Notes: generated by a model from the sequence alone, not told the origin. Positions 23,793 to 33,684 are shown, counted from the stretch's first letter. The stretch: DNA of 64,000 nucleotides from Terriglobia bacterium (GCA_965223005.1 CBDCVK010000002.1:81431-145430), one strand, 5' to 3'. A program made the numbers and translations.

Positions 23793-25886
23793 GTGGAGCA
23801 AAAGTTGAAATCAAAACTTTCTATTGGAACATTCTTAGCGGTTTTCTCACTCCTCTGGGGCATTCGAGGCCTGCCATTATCGGCTGAGGAGGGGATGTAT
23901 CTGCCGGGCGGGCTCCCACTCGAGGCCCTGCAAACTCGCTACGGCTTTTCGCCCACTCCTGAATGGCTCAAGCTCCTCCAGCACGCCTCGGTACGCTTCC
24001 CCAACGGCTCAGGCTCCTTTGTATCCTCTCAAGGATTGGTGTTTACCAATCATCACATTGCTCTCGATTGCGTCGAGAAGCTGAGCAGTGAGGAAGACAA
24101 TCTGGTAAAAAACGGCTTTGTCGCCACCACTCAGGCCAAGGAAAAAAAGTGCCCTGACATGGAGCTAAATGTTTTACAAACCATTCGCAACGTCACCCAG
24201 AAGGTTGAGTCTTCCGTGGAGCTCGAGATGGCCCCCTCCGAGGCCAGCCGTGCTCGCCGCGCCTTGATGAACACGCTTGAAAGTGCGGAATCCGAAAACA
24301 CCGGTCTTGAATGCCAGGTCGTCACCCTCTGGCACGGTGCCCGCTATCACCTTTACTGCTACAAGCGATACACCGACGTGCGGCTCGTTTTTGTTCCCGA
24401 GCTGGATGCGGCCCGCTTCGGCGGCGACCCGGACAACTTCGAGTTTCCCCGCTTCACTCTGGATGCTGCACTCTTCCGTGCCTACGACCAGGGAAAGCCG
24501 GTCACTCCGGAGGCTCACTTTGCCTGGCGCACGGAACCTCTTCAGGATGGAGAACTCGTCTTCGTGACGGGGCACCCAGGGCGAACCGAGCGGCAGGACA
24601 CGGTTGCCACCATCAAGTTCCTGCGCGATACCTCCTATCCGAACCTGTTGAACCTCCTGCGCAGGTTTGAGATTGCCTTACAGCAGTTTAGCTTTGAAGG
24701 TCCCGAACAGGCCCGCATCGCCGACAAGCGGCTTTTCAGTGTTCAGAACGCCCGAAAGGCCTACACGGGTTTCCTCCAAAAACTCCAAGACCCGGTCTTT
24801 ATGCGCGTCAAAGAACAGTCCGAAGCTGCGCTGCGGGCCCGTCTCCAGGAGAACTCCGAACTCCACTCCCGTTACGGAAGCGGCTGGGACGAGATCACAC
24901 AGGCCGAAGCGGATCGTGCCCGCATCAATCAGAAATGGCTAATGCTCGAGCGTGGCTACGGTTTCTACTCGCGGCTCTTCCGCGTTGCGCGAACCCTGGT
25001 GCGCCTGACGGCAGAGCGCGAAAAACCCAACGCCGAGCGACTCCGGGAGTACAGCGACGCCAACATCCCTTCGCTTGAGCAGGTCCTTTTCTCCCCTGCG
25101 CCCATCTACGAAAACCTGGAAGTAGCCACGCTCAGCGACTCCCTGGCTCTACTTGTCGAGAAACTCGGTGCTGGGAACGATCTGGTGAAAAAGGTGCTCG
25201 CGGGAAAAAGTCCCAGGGAGCGAGCCTATGAGCTGGTCGATGGAACAAAAGTGAAAGACGTTGCCTTTCGCCGCCAGCTTGCTGAGGGAGGCCTCGAAGC
25301 TGTCAAAGCGTCGGAGGATCCAATGATCGGATTGGCGCTGGCTGTTGATCCTGCCGCGCGCCGGCTGAGGAAGATTGCCGAGGAAAGTAACGAACGCAAA
25401 CGTCAAGCTTATGCCAAACTTTTCCAGGCGATTCGCGCCCTGGAAGGCACCGCCGGCTACCCTGACGCCACGTTCACCCTCCGTGTGAGCTTTGGCAGCG
25501 TGAAGGGTTACCAGGAAAGCGGCCAGGAGGTTTCCTACGCGAGTACCTTCAGAGGTCTTTTCCAGCGCGCCGCCGAACATGAAAACCTCCGGCCATGGGA
25601 GTTGCCTCCGCGCTGGCTGGCTCGAAAGCAAAAACTGGACCTTGCCCTTCCCCTCAACTTTGTCAGCACCCACGACATCACCGGCGGCAACTCGGGCAGT
25701 CCCGTCATTGACGGCAACGGCGAAGTCGTCGGCATCATTTTCGACTCAAATATCCAAGGCCTGGGAAACGAGTTTGCGTATTCCGACACCCAGGCCCGAG
25801 CCGTTTCCGTTAGCGCCCAGGCTGTCCTCGAGGCCCTCCGCAAAATCTACGACGCTCCAACCCTCGCCGACGAACTGACCAGATGA
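23793..25886 (+). CDS. Peptidase S46 family (dipeptidyl-peptidase 7/11-like serine protease), secreted
   Basis: 697 aa. Features: GMYLPGG, GSGSFVSSQGLVFTNHHIA (catalytic His region), and GGNSGSPVIDGNGEVVGIIFDSN (catalytic Ser). Confidence 0.85.
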   Translation: MEQKLKSKLSIGTFLAVFSLLWGIRGLPLSAEEGMYLPGGLPLEALQTRYGFSPTPEWLKLLQHASVRFPNGSGSFVSSQGLVFTNHHIALDCVEKLSSEEDNLVKNGFVATTQAKEKKCPDMELNVLQTIRNVTQKVESSVELEMAPSEASRARRALMNTLESAESENTGLECQVVTLWHGARYHLYCYKRYTDVRLVFVPELDAARFGGDPDNFEFPRFTLDAALFRAYDQGKPVTPEAHFAWRTEPLQDGELVFVTGHPGRTERQDTVATIKFLRDTSYPNLLNLLRRFEIALQQFSFEGPEQARIADKRLFSVQNARKAYTGFLQKLQDPVFMRVKEQSEAALRARLQENSELHSRYGSGWDEITQAEADRARINQKWLMLERGYGFYSRLFRVARTLVRLTAEREKPNAERLREYSDANIPSLEQVLFSPAPIYENLEVATLSDSLALLVEKLGAGNDLVKKVLAGKSPRERAYELVDGTKVKDVAFRRQLAEGGLEAVKASEDPMIGLALAVDPAARRLRKIAEESNERKRQAYAKLFQAIRALEGTAGYPDATFTLRVSFGSVKGYQESGQEVSYASTFRGLFQRAAEHENLRPWELPPRWLARKQKLDLALPLNFVSTHDITGGNSGSPVIDGNGEVVGIIFDSNIQGLGNEFAYSDTQARAVSVSAQAVLEALRKIYDAPTLADELTR

Positions 25887-26138
25887 TTCCGTTTTGCTAG
25901 TCTGCGAAACAGCTGCACGGGTCGAACGGTGGGCAAGGCACGGAGATTTTCTCAGATGTGAGAAATTCAATATACACAGCTCGCCCAGCGTGCCTCCCGA
26001 AGGTGTCCGATATGGGTGCGATCCTGTAGATGACAGAGGCCATGGCAATCTGCGCTTGAGTCAGCAGTGCGGCTGGCGTATGCTTGGGGGCGGAAAAAAG
26101 CTCGGATCGGAGATTCTCGTTACAGGGAGAGCATCAAG

Positions 26139-28734
26139 ATGAAGAAGTCACGTCTGATCTTATTTGTTGGACTCATCCTTAGCTTTTGGCAGTGGTGCCT
26201 CGGCGACAACGCTGACCTTCGATGAGCTGCCCCGGCAGTCGGTGGATGGCCTGAGTTTCATGGGGGTCACTCTTGGTTTCACCTCGAGCGATGCCCGTTA
26301 CAACGCCGGCGGTCCGGTGGACGTCACCTTTGTTCAGGATCCATCTTTAGAGGGAGATGCAAGCGGTATCCTGACGCTGGATTTCGACGTACCCACACCG
26401 ACGCTTCAGTTTGGCGTGGCGCGAAGTACAGGCAGTGCCTTAACGCCCGGATTCACGGTAGAACTTTTTGATTCATCATTGGTGTCTCTGGGCGTTACCC
26501 CAGTGAACACAACCCCCTTGATTTCCTTCTCTGAGGCGCAGTTCAGCCATTCCGGCACGTCTGTCAAACGGGCCATCATTACCTTTCCCAACCCAGAGCT
26601 AGCCACTCGCTTTGCCTTCGACAACCTCACCTTCGAGGGAGGAGGTCCTGCACCTGTTCCGGACCCTCCGGGTCTTTCTCCCGAAACCATTAGCCTGACC
26701 ACGGGACCCACGGAGATGCCGGGCTTCAGCTTCGAAGTCCAGGCCCCGGGTACTCCGGCCCTGCAAGGTTCCAGTAGCAAGGGGTTACCCACCTTCGAGA
26801 TCGTAAGCGTCAGCAACGTGGTGAACTGGACCGCAAGCGTGAAGTTACTGAGTGTGCCGGGGGCCAACTGGCTCACCATCAGTCCCACGTCGGGTAGCGC
26901 CACCCCGGAGCAGCCGTCGCGCGTGACAGGCCAGGTGGATGCCACCAAGCTGCCGGGCCCAGGCACCTATCAGGCCGAGATTGCGGTCACCAGCAACCCG
27001 ACGGTGATCCTTCCAGTGACGGTGGTCGTCCGGCCGGCTGGCGCCAGGTTATCGGTGAGCCAGACCTCAATCCTGTTTCAAAGCGTGAGCAGCGGACCCC
27101 TTACGCCATCGCAAACGCTGACCATTTCCAATGAAGGAGACGGAACGCTGAACTGGTCGCTTTCCGGGCTGCCTCCCTGGCTGACAGCTTCCGCCCAGTC
27201 TGGAACCGCTACCGCTGGAGCCCCGGGCGCTGCCGTCGAACTGACGGCCGATCCCTCGAGCTTCGGTTCCGGCGTCAACAGCGCGCTGCTGACGGTATCG
27301 GCCTCGGGGGCCAGTAACAACCCACAGGTGGTGACGGTCGTGCTTTTGACAGTGCCGGGCGCTACCCCGGCAACGGCCGAGATCAGCCCGACCGCGCTGG
27401 TGTTTGTGGCTGAACAGGGCCAGCCGGCTCCCTCAGCTCAAACCGTTGCGGTCAGCAACGTCGGCGGCGGGACGCTTTCCTATACCTTCACAGCTTCGAC
27501 TACTACCGGCGGCAATTGGCTGACCCTAACAGGGCAGGCCGGTTCCGCTCCAGGGGAGGTCACGGTCTTAGCGAATCCTTCAGGGCTGCCCCTCGGCCTG
27601 TATAGTGGGACGCTGAGCACCGTCGGGGTGGAGCTAAAGGTGGAAGTGTTGTTGCTTGTGGTGGAGCAGGGGAGTGCGCTGCGGGCGCAGGCGCTGGGTC
27701 TGCCCGGCGCGGCCCAGTGCGATCCGATGGGGCTTGAGCTGCTGGCTACCACCATCGGCACCGGGCTGAGCTTGCCAGTTTCCTTTCCCCGGGTGTTGAC
27801 CGCGTTGGTGGTGGACGACTGCGGTACCGCGGTGAACAATGCCACGTTGGTGGCAGCCGTCGAAGGCTTAAACATCCCACTGCGTACGCTGGGCACCGGT
27901 TTTTACAGCGGCACGTGGACGCCGGTGAGCGCGGCGGACGAGGTTCTGGTCACCTTTGCGGCGCTGCATCCCACCCTGACCAAGGCGCAGCGCTCTTTTA
28001 CGGTGGAGACGGCAGCTGCGCCGGGGGGCGCCACTTTGCCGTTGTTGTTTGCCGACGGGGTGGTGGAAGGGGCCGGTTTCACGAAGCGGCGGCCGCTGTC
28101 TGGCGGCGGCATCATCTCCCTGTTCGGTGCGAGCTTTGCCACCGAGAACAACTTCGCCGGCTTCCCGCTCCCGCGGGAGCTGGCCGGGGTTAGCGTGCGG
28201 GTAGGAAACGAGGACGCGCCGCTGTTTTTCGTGGGCCCGGGGCAGATTAACGCGCAGCTGCCGTTTGAGGTGAGCACGGGCGACAGCGTTCCAGTCGCCA
28301 TCACCGTGGACGGCTTGCTGACCGCGCCGCAGAACTACCTGATTGCTGCTGGGCAGCCAGGCATCTTCATTTCCGGCGAGAACGCCGCCATCCTGGACGC
28401 CTCGTTCCAGCTGGTGACAGCCCAGAACCCGGCGCGGGCCGGCGACACGATACAGATCTTCTGCACCGGCTTGGGGGCGGTGGATGTGGCAGTGGAGACG
28501 GGAGCCCCGGGTCCCTCGTTCAGCACCGTCGAGGTGCCGGTAAAGGTGACGATCGGAGGGATTGACGCTGCGGTAGCCTTCCAGGGTCTGGCGCCGGGCT
28601 TTGTGGGGCTCTACCAGGTGAACGTGGTGGTGCCCGCCGGCGTTACGCCGGGCGGCGCGGTCCCGCTGGTCCTGACCCAGGACGGGATTGTCGCCAACCC
28701 GGATCCGCCTGTGACCATCCCTGTGGTGCCCTGA
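26139..28734 (+). CDS. Large secreted protein with Ig/BACON-like repeats and a C-terminal Soli_cterm-type domain. The signal peptide lies in a different frame (apparent +1 frameshift).
   Basis: The track ORF is 26164-28734. Repeats NWLTISPTSGSATPE.., PWLTASAQSGTATAG.., NWLTLTGQAGSAPGE... C-terminus ..GQINAQLPFEV..IFCTGLG..FQGLAPGFVGLYQVNVVVPAGVTPG. ATG at 26139 (after AGGGAGAG) encodes MKKSRLILFVGLILSF in another frame, which stops at 26223. Confidence 0.75.
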
Positions 28735-28796
28735 GCCGGTGGCGGTCGAGACGCTTGGCTTTGGTCCTGGCCGCACTCCAGCTTAGGTTGCTAGAC

Positions 28797-28845
28797 GCGT
28801 CCCTTTCAGGGCGGAAACGCGGGTCGAATCCCGCAGGGGACGCCC
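28797..28845 (+). pseudogene. tRNA-Glu(UUC)-derived 3-prime-half fragment (att-like relic)
   Basis: GCGTCCCTTTCAGGGCGGAAACGCGGGTCGAATCCCGCAGGGGACGCCC closely matches, as I remember it, the E. coli tRNA-Glu 3-prime half CCGCCCTTTCACGGCGGTAACAGGGGTTCGAATCCCCTAGGGGACGCCA. The T loop is one nt short, the anticodon stem is mispaired, and no convincing 5-prime half lies upstream. Confidence 0.55.
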
Positions 28846-29871
28846 CTACCGCTTGACGTATTTCCTCAACATCCGCGGGCCAACCTCTGCCCCGTACAAG
28901 TTACCCATCGCATCGGCCGCAACGCCTTCCGCCCCGCTCGTACTGGAGTTGTCCGGATCCGGTTCAGGGTCTGGAATGAAGGCCGCGACCCGGCCGTCTT
29001 TGGCGCTCCCGATTCGGATACCTCTCTTCCAGCCCGGGTTCCGGCGCGCGTTCGACTCCGAGTCGGCCACATAAATGGTGTCGTCTTCAGCAATGAACAG
29101 CCCGCTCGGCCGACCGAATTGTGTCCAGTGCGCGACGTAGTTTCCCTCCTGGTCGAAGATCTGGATCCGATTGTTGCCCCGGTCGCCGACGAACAGCCGT
29201 CCTTGGGAATCCATGGCGAGGGCGTGGGGATCTTGGAACTCACCGGGTTCTGTTCCTGTTTTCCCCCAGGCCTTGATGAATTTCCCATCGCTGGAAAACT
29301 TGACCACGCGGTTATTACCATCCTCACCATGGCCATCCACGACAATATGACCATCCACGACAAAAACGTTGCCATTGGGAGCAACCAGCACATCAGACGG
29401 CCCATTGAAGATGTCCGGACCCTTCCCGGCGACCCCCGCGGTGCCCAGAGTCATCAACACCTTTCCGTCCGGATTGAACTGGAAGACTTGATGGCCCTTT
29501 CCGGTTGCTCCCTGTGCGTCGGTCACCCACACGTTTCCGTCCTGGTCCACATCGATACCGTGGGGCCACACAAACATCCCCTGGCCAAAACTCCTCACCA
29601 GCTTGCCTGACGAATCAAACAAGAGGATCGGCGGGACATCATCTCGACCGACGCAGCTGTTTTGGCCACATCTCTCCGCTACCCATATGCCGCCGTCCTG
29701 AGCCGGATGCACCGCGCTCGTCGATCCCCACTTCCTTCCCTCGGGGAGCTGCGCCCAACCCTCGACACTGCGATACGGATTATCTTGGGCGCGTGCCGCC
29801 ATTCCAAACACCGCGACCATCGCGACGATGCCTACCCCAAGCGTGAATCCCATCCGACCTGAATGTGACAC
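28846..29871 (-). CDS. NHL-repeat six-bladed beta-propeller protein (peptidyl-alpha-hydroxyglycine lyase-like), secreted
   Basis: 341 aa with a signal peptide. Repeated ..PHGIDVDQDGNVWVTD.., ..PSDVLVAPNGNVFVVD.., ..NNRVVKFSSDGKF.., ..PHALAMDSQGRLFVGDRGNNRIQIFD.., ..PSGLFIAEDDTIYVADS... The stop codon abuts the tRNA-like fragment. Confidence 0.8.
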   Translation of the reverse strand: MSHSGRMGFTLGVGIVAMVAVFGMAARAQDNPYRSVEGWAQLPEGRKWGSTSAVHPAQDGGIWVAERCGQNSCVGRDDVPPILLFDSSGKLVRSFGQGMFVWPHGIDVDQDGNVWVTDAQGATGKGHQVFQFNPDGKVLMTLGTAGVAGKGPDIFNGPSDVLVAPNGNVFVVDGHIVVDGHGEDGNNRVVKFSSDGKFIKAWGKTGTEPGEFQDPHALAMDSQGRLFVGDRGNNRIQIFDQEGNYVAHWTQFGRPSGLFIAEDDTIYVADSESNARRNPGWKRGIRIGSAKDGRVAAFIPDPEPDPDNSSTSGAEGVAADAMGNLYGAEVGPRMLRKYVKR

Positions 29872-30110
29872 CGCAGCTCTCCTTTAGAAGAATTCGCGTT
29901 GCAAGTATAACCTGAGTGCATAAGTTACTCTTTGAACTGAATCGAGTAAAGATCAGCGTCCCTCCGCATCTGCATACGCATTCGGCCACTGGGCCGCCGC
30001 CCCCGCAGGCGCACTCCATCTAAGACAGGTGCACCCACTGGTCCCGCAGCGGCGCCGGCGACCTGTATCTCTCCTTGTCGCCCGCTATCGTTACCAACTA
30101 CAATTCTGAC

Positions 30111-30162
30111 TTCTGAGGCTGGCTTGCCCTTTCAAGGCGGGAACGTGGGTTCTGGGCGACGC
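30111..30162 (+). pseudogene. tRNA-Glu(UUC)-derived pseudogene with an internal T-arm deletion
   Basis: TTCTGAGGCTGGCTTGCCCTTTCAAGGCGGGAACGTGGGTTC..TGGGCGACGC. It has an intact-looking anticodon arm TTGCC-CTTTCAA-GGCGG (anticodon TTC) and a D-loop-like TCTGAGGC, but about 10 nt of the T loop/stem are missing. Confidence 0.5.
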
Positions 30163-30208
30163 AATGCCTGTTGCTGAGTTGCACTTCACTGGAAGAGAGG
30201 AGCTCACT

Positions 30209-30400
30209 ATGAACACTGAAATTCTGGCCGCTGCCGTTCTGGCTGCTGGCTTTGTCGGCGCTGGGCGCCTGTTGCTGCACTCCGGGCGCCTGGACGACAC
30301 TCTGCGCGAAAAGTTCGTGGAGTACTATGTGTTCGTAAGCGAAGTCGCGCGCGTCAAGAGCGAGAAGAAAAGTAGGAAGAAGAAACGCGGGGCCCGATAG
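30209..30400 (+). CDS. Small hypothetical protein with one hydrophobic helix and a lysine-rich tail
   Basis: ATG at 30209 follows GAGAGGAG. Sequence: MNTEILAAAVLAAGFVGAGRLLL...KKSRKKKRGAR. Confidence 0.3.
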   Translation: MNTEILAAAVLAAGFVGAGRLLLHSGRLDDTLREKFVEYYVFVSEVARVKSEKKSRKKKRGAR

Positions 30401-30449
30401 GCCGCGCGGTGGCAGCGCCGGACAATGCGCGTAATGGGCCGTCCTGTTT

Positions 30450-30755
30450 TCACCGGGCAGCTTCAGCGAAAGCCGCGTGGCGCATAGGATCTGCCAGTCT
30501 GGATGGTTCAATCGGTTCCTCCCAGGCAAGACGCATTTTCAGGGGTGCGTATCTTTGCGGTTGTTCCTCTGTATCGATAGGGTTGACGCCGGGCCGCTTG
30601 AGCGCGGACAGATAAACCAGCAACCACGTTCGCGGGCCACCGATCTGGGCAAACGGGATCTTGCGGCGCTCGGCCCACCAGCGGATGGTGCGGGCTGGGA
30701 TGCCGGTGGCGCGTGCCGCATCGGCGATACGAACCCAATCGTGTGATCTGGACAT
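30450..30755 (-). CDS. Helix-turn-helix DNA-binding protein, excisionase/MerR-like (HTH_17-type)
   Basis: N-terminus DWVRIADAARATGIPARTIRWWAERRKIPFAQIGGPRTW resembles phage/ICE excisionase-type HTH domains. Confidence 0.55.
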   Translation of the reverse strand: MSRSHDWVRIADAARATGIPARTIRWWAERRKIPFAQIGGPRTWLLVYLSALKRPGVNPIDTEEQPQRYAPLKMRLAWEEPIEPSRLADPMRHAAFAEAAR

Positions 30756-30880
30756 GCTGCTGTTTCGCCCCGTTTCTCAGAGAGTACGCGGGATCTGCCG
30801 CGTGCTGCTGCTGACTGCTGCCGATGAAACAGTCGGACCTGAAACCAGACGTCGCGTTTCTGCGATCCCGAAGATCTTTG

Positions 30881-31489
30881 CTACATCCGCAGGCCACTCC
30901 GGGCAGCCACGTACTGCTCGAACGAGAGCCACGTCGCGGCGCCGCGACGTGCTCGCCGCACATTGAACGCGCGCATGCGGTCGCCACACCGCTTGCAAAG
31001 TCCGCTGCGATTATTCGCCCCGAGGTGAGTTCCGCAGCTCTGGTTTCGGCAGTGCCGGACCGTCCCACTGTTCTGGAGTCGCCCCACGGTCGGCGGGGCA
31101 GTGCTTTCAGCGAATTGCGGGGCGCGAAGCGCTGCGGAGATGACTGCCGAGATGGTCAGCTGCTGCGCTTCTTTCTCCGGCCCTTTGACGGACCCGAGCA
31201 TGGTGCCCAAGACAGCTTCAGGCTCGCGGAACATACGGTAATGGTGGACGCACACGCCTTCGGCCGCCACGGGCCACACACAGGCCGGGTCAGCTGAACA
31301 GTGTGAAGCGCGAGGTGGGGTTTGCCGGATGGACGGCGAAGATTGTCGGTTCGTAGCCATGCTTTCTGCTCCTGTCGGCAGCCTTGTGGCGGTTGCCTGA
31401 GTTGCCCACTCACACCACATCTTGGGCGCGAACGATTCCATGTCCGCCAGTGGGTGGGCCGGGCCTCGGGAATTTGTTGCTTTTGCCAT
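30881..31489 (-). CDS. Cysteine-rich hypothetical protein with a zinc-ribbon-like C-terminus
   Basis: Contains CSADPACVWPVAAEGVCVHHY and CRNQSCGTHLGANNRSGLCKRCGDR. The start is uncertain. Confidence 0.4.
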   Translation of the reverse strand: MAKATNSRGPAHPLADMESFAPKMWCEWATQATATRLPTGAESMATNRQSSPSIRQTPPRASHCSADPACVWPVAAEGVCVHHYRMFREPEAVLGTMLGSVKGPEKEAQQLTISAVISAALRAPQFAESTAPPTVGRLQNSGTVRHCRNQSCGTHLGANNRSGLCKRCGDRMRAFNVRRARRGAATWLSFEQYVAARSGLRM

Positions 31490-31620
31490 TGCTTCTTGTT
31501 GCCAAGCGCGCTACATAAGAGTCTGGAACCGCTTTTCAGGCGAACGCGGTCCCAGCGGGGAGCGTCCTCCTGAGTTACACATGTATAACACTTGAGTTAC
31601 TCAAGTGTCAATAGTTTTTC

Positions 31621-32085
31621 ATGAACATCGGCAGGAAAATCAAGGCTGTTCGCAAGCGACTGAAACTAAGCCGTTCAGATCTTGCACGTCTGACTGACCT
31701 GGCCTACTCGACCATCAGTTCCTACGAGCAGGGAACTCGAAAACCACCCCGGCAGTTCCTCCAGATGCTGGAGGAACTCGAACGGGCAGCCGGCAGTCCT
31801 GCCGGGATCGCCTCTGCTAGCGAACGCACGGACCTTCCGAGCTTGAGGAGCCGCTTATTGGCGCTGGAAGCCAGGGTGGGTGCTTTCGAGAACCGGTTTG
31901 CTGCGTTGGAGGCGCGCTCAGCGCAGCTGGAGGCGCGCGCCGAGTCCGCCTCGACGCCTTCTGCCGACGCGCCAGGTGTCGCGGTCCGGGGGCCGATCCA
32001 GGTTGGCGGTCAGGATCAGTCCGCGCCGGAGAAGCAGCTCGATGAGAAAACGACTGAGAAAAAGGCCCGCCAGCAGGAGCACTGA
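31621..32085 (+). CDS. XRE-family HTH transcriptional regulator with a coiled-coil C-terminal half
   Basis: MNIGRKIKAVRKRLKLSRSDLARLTDLAYSTISSYEQGTRKP is a classic Cro/C1 HTH. It is followed by LLALEARVGAFENRFAALEARSAQLEARAE. Confidence 0.8.
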   Translation: MNIGRKIKAVRKRLKLSRSDLARLTDLAYSTISSYEQGTRKPPRQFLQMLEELERAAGSPAGIASASERTDLPSLRSRLLALEARVGAFENRFAALEARSAQLEARAESASTPSADAPGVAVRGPIQVGGQDQSAPEKQLDEKTTEKKARQQEH

Positions 32086-32196
32086 GGGCGCCGAGAAGAC
32101 CGACGTCCAGCTTCTCGAAATCCTTCGCCACCTGCCTGTCGCTCGCCGGCGCGGCTACTTCCAGGAGATTCTGAGCGAGGTGGGGCCGGCGACCGA

Positions 32197-32646
32197 GTGA
32201 TCCCCGTCGAAAAAATCCTGCGCGACCCCACTGTGTTGGAGGAAGCCGAGCGGCTGGCACAAGGCGCCGGCCTCGACGTGCGCGACCTGGCCCAGGTGGT
32301 CAACCCCTTCCAGGACGGCTCGCACTTCGCGCGCTCCAGGCGCTGCACCATGGTGCGCTTGCTCGGCGGCCAGGTCGGCGAAAACTCCGGCGTAGATGTC
32401 TACATCAAGGTGCACAGGGAGATTGAGTTCCGGCACAGGATCGTTCCCGCTGGCTTCGATCTGCATGTGCTGGCCGGTGCGCTGGAGATCATCCGCCAGG
32501 AGACGATCACGCCACTGGAGCGCGGCTGTGTGGCTGCGGTAGCAGCCGGTGGAGAAACCCTGCTGCGAGCCGGCCCCGGAACCCGCTTCGTCTACGTGAA
32601 CCACCCGCTCCCCGCTTGGATCCGGCAGCGTACGCGGCAGCGCTAG
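32197..32646 (+). CDS. Hypothetical protein, possibly a cupin-like beta-barrel
   Basis: Third-position GC strongly favours this frame over the overlapping minus-strand ORF. The pattern ..VYIKVHREIEFRHRIVPAGFDLHVLAGALEI..GETLLRAGPGTRFVYVNH is only weakly cupin-like. Confidence 0.4.
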   Translation: MIPVEKILRDPTVLEEAERLAQGAGLDVRDLAQVVNPFQDGSHFARSRRCTMVRLLGGQVGENSGVDVYIKVHREIEFRHRIVPAGFDLHVLAGALEIIRQETITPLERGCVAAVAAGGETLLRAGPGTRFVYVNHPLPAWIRQRTRQR

Positions 32647-32664
32647 GAGGAAAGTTGGAGGGGC

Positions 32665-33552
32665 CTATTTGCCGAGCAGGTCGCCGTAAATTTCAGGCTT
32701 GCGGTCGCGCACGGCGCCGGAGCCGACGCGCTCGTCGAGGACGACCTCGGCGGTGACGACCTGGTCGTGTTCGCCGTCGTCGGCAGCAACGACGTTGCCT
32801 CTTGGATCGACGATCAGCGCGCGCTTGGGGTGTACGAAGGCCAGCCACACGCTGTTCTCGTGAGCGCGCGTGCGCATCATGGCGTCGTTCAGATCGTTGT
32901 AGTTCCCCCAGGCGGGCACCAGAATGAGTTGTGCTCCCTTGATTGCGAGAATGCGCGAGGTCTCTGGCAACTGTCGGTCGTAGCAGACGAGCGAGCCGAT
33001 GCGGGCCAGCGAGGTGTCGGCGACGGGGAACAGGACACCCTTGGTATTGAAAGGCTCGTCATGCGCGGTGTGGCTTTTTGAATAGAGTAATGCGGTCTCG
33101 CCCGAAGGGTTGATGAGCGCCGTCGAGTTATACATCCTCTCGCCGCGCCGCTCGGCGAAACCAAGGGAAAGATAGACGCCCAACTCACGGGCGAGCGCGC
33201 GGACGCGCGCTAGGATCGGCCCGTCGATCGGCTCGCCGATGGCGAAGTAGCGCTCGCGGGTCGCCTCGGGATTCTTCCTCTCGTTGCCGACGTAGCCCTC
33301 GAGAAAACCCTCGGGCGTGACGATCAGCTTCGCGCCGCGGGAGGCGGCTTCGCGAGCCCAGCGGTCGAGCTTAGCGAGGTTGGCCTCCTTGTCCCACACC
33401 TTGGGCGTCACACTGATCGCCCCGAGGACAAAGCGCTTGGGCAGTGTGGGCTTCTCCTCCGCGGGGAGGGACACGGGGGCGGGGAGGGACACGGGCAGGA
33501 GCGCAGCCGAGGTGATCACCCAGAGTAGGAACGCAGCACGCATCAAGATCAT
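32665..33552 (-). CDS. Carbon-nitrogen hydrolase (nitrilase-superfamily) protein with signal peptide
   Basis: 295 aa. Features: LIVTPEGFLEGY (Glu), SKSH (Lys region), GSLVCYDRQLPE (catalytic Cys). The N-terminus carries the duplication PVSLPAPVSLPA. Confidence 0.8.
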   Translation of the reverse strand: MILMRAAFLLWVITSAALLPVSLPAPVSLPAEEKPTLPKRFVLGAISVTPKVWDKEANLAKLDRWAREAASRGAKLIVTPEGFLEGYVGNERKNPEATRERYFAIGEPIDGPILARVRALARELGVYLSLGFAERRGERMYNSTALINPSGETALLYSKSHTAHDEPFNTKGVLFPVADTSLARIGSLVCYDRQLPETSRILAIKGAQLILVPAWGNYNDLNDAMMRTRAHENSVWLAFVHPKRALIVDPRGNVVAADDGEHDQVVTAEVVLDERVGSGAVRDRKPEIYGDLLGK

Positions 33553-33684
33553 CTTACATCAACCAGAATTTCCAATTTAAGGTAACAATTCCGACCGAAG
33601 TTGTTCTAATAAAGGTTCACAGCCCTTGAGTAGCCTTTAACTAGCCAACCTCCATCCTTGGCGGATAGAACATGGCATCTGATC

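Noticed and set aside
28764-28845. A complete functional tRNA-Glu.
   Set aside because: Only the 3-prime half is tRNA-like. The candidate 5-prime acceptor strand pairs at 5 of 7 positions. No D arm can be drawn, the anticodon stem has two mismatches, and the T loop is 6 nt.
32155-32604. 149-aa minus-strand ORF overlapping 32197..32646.
   Set aside because: Third-position GC and amino-acid composition favour the plus-strand frame. The minus-strand product is low complexity.
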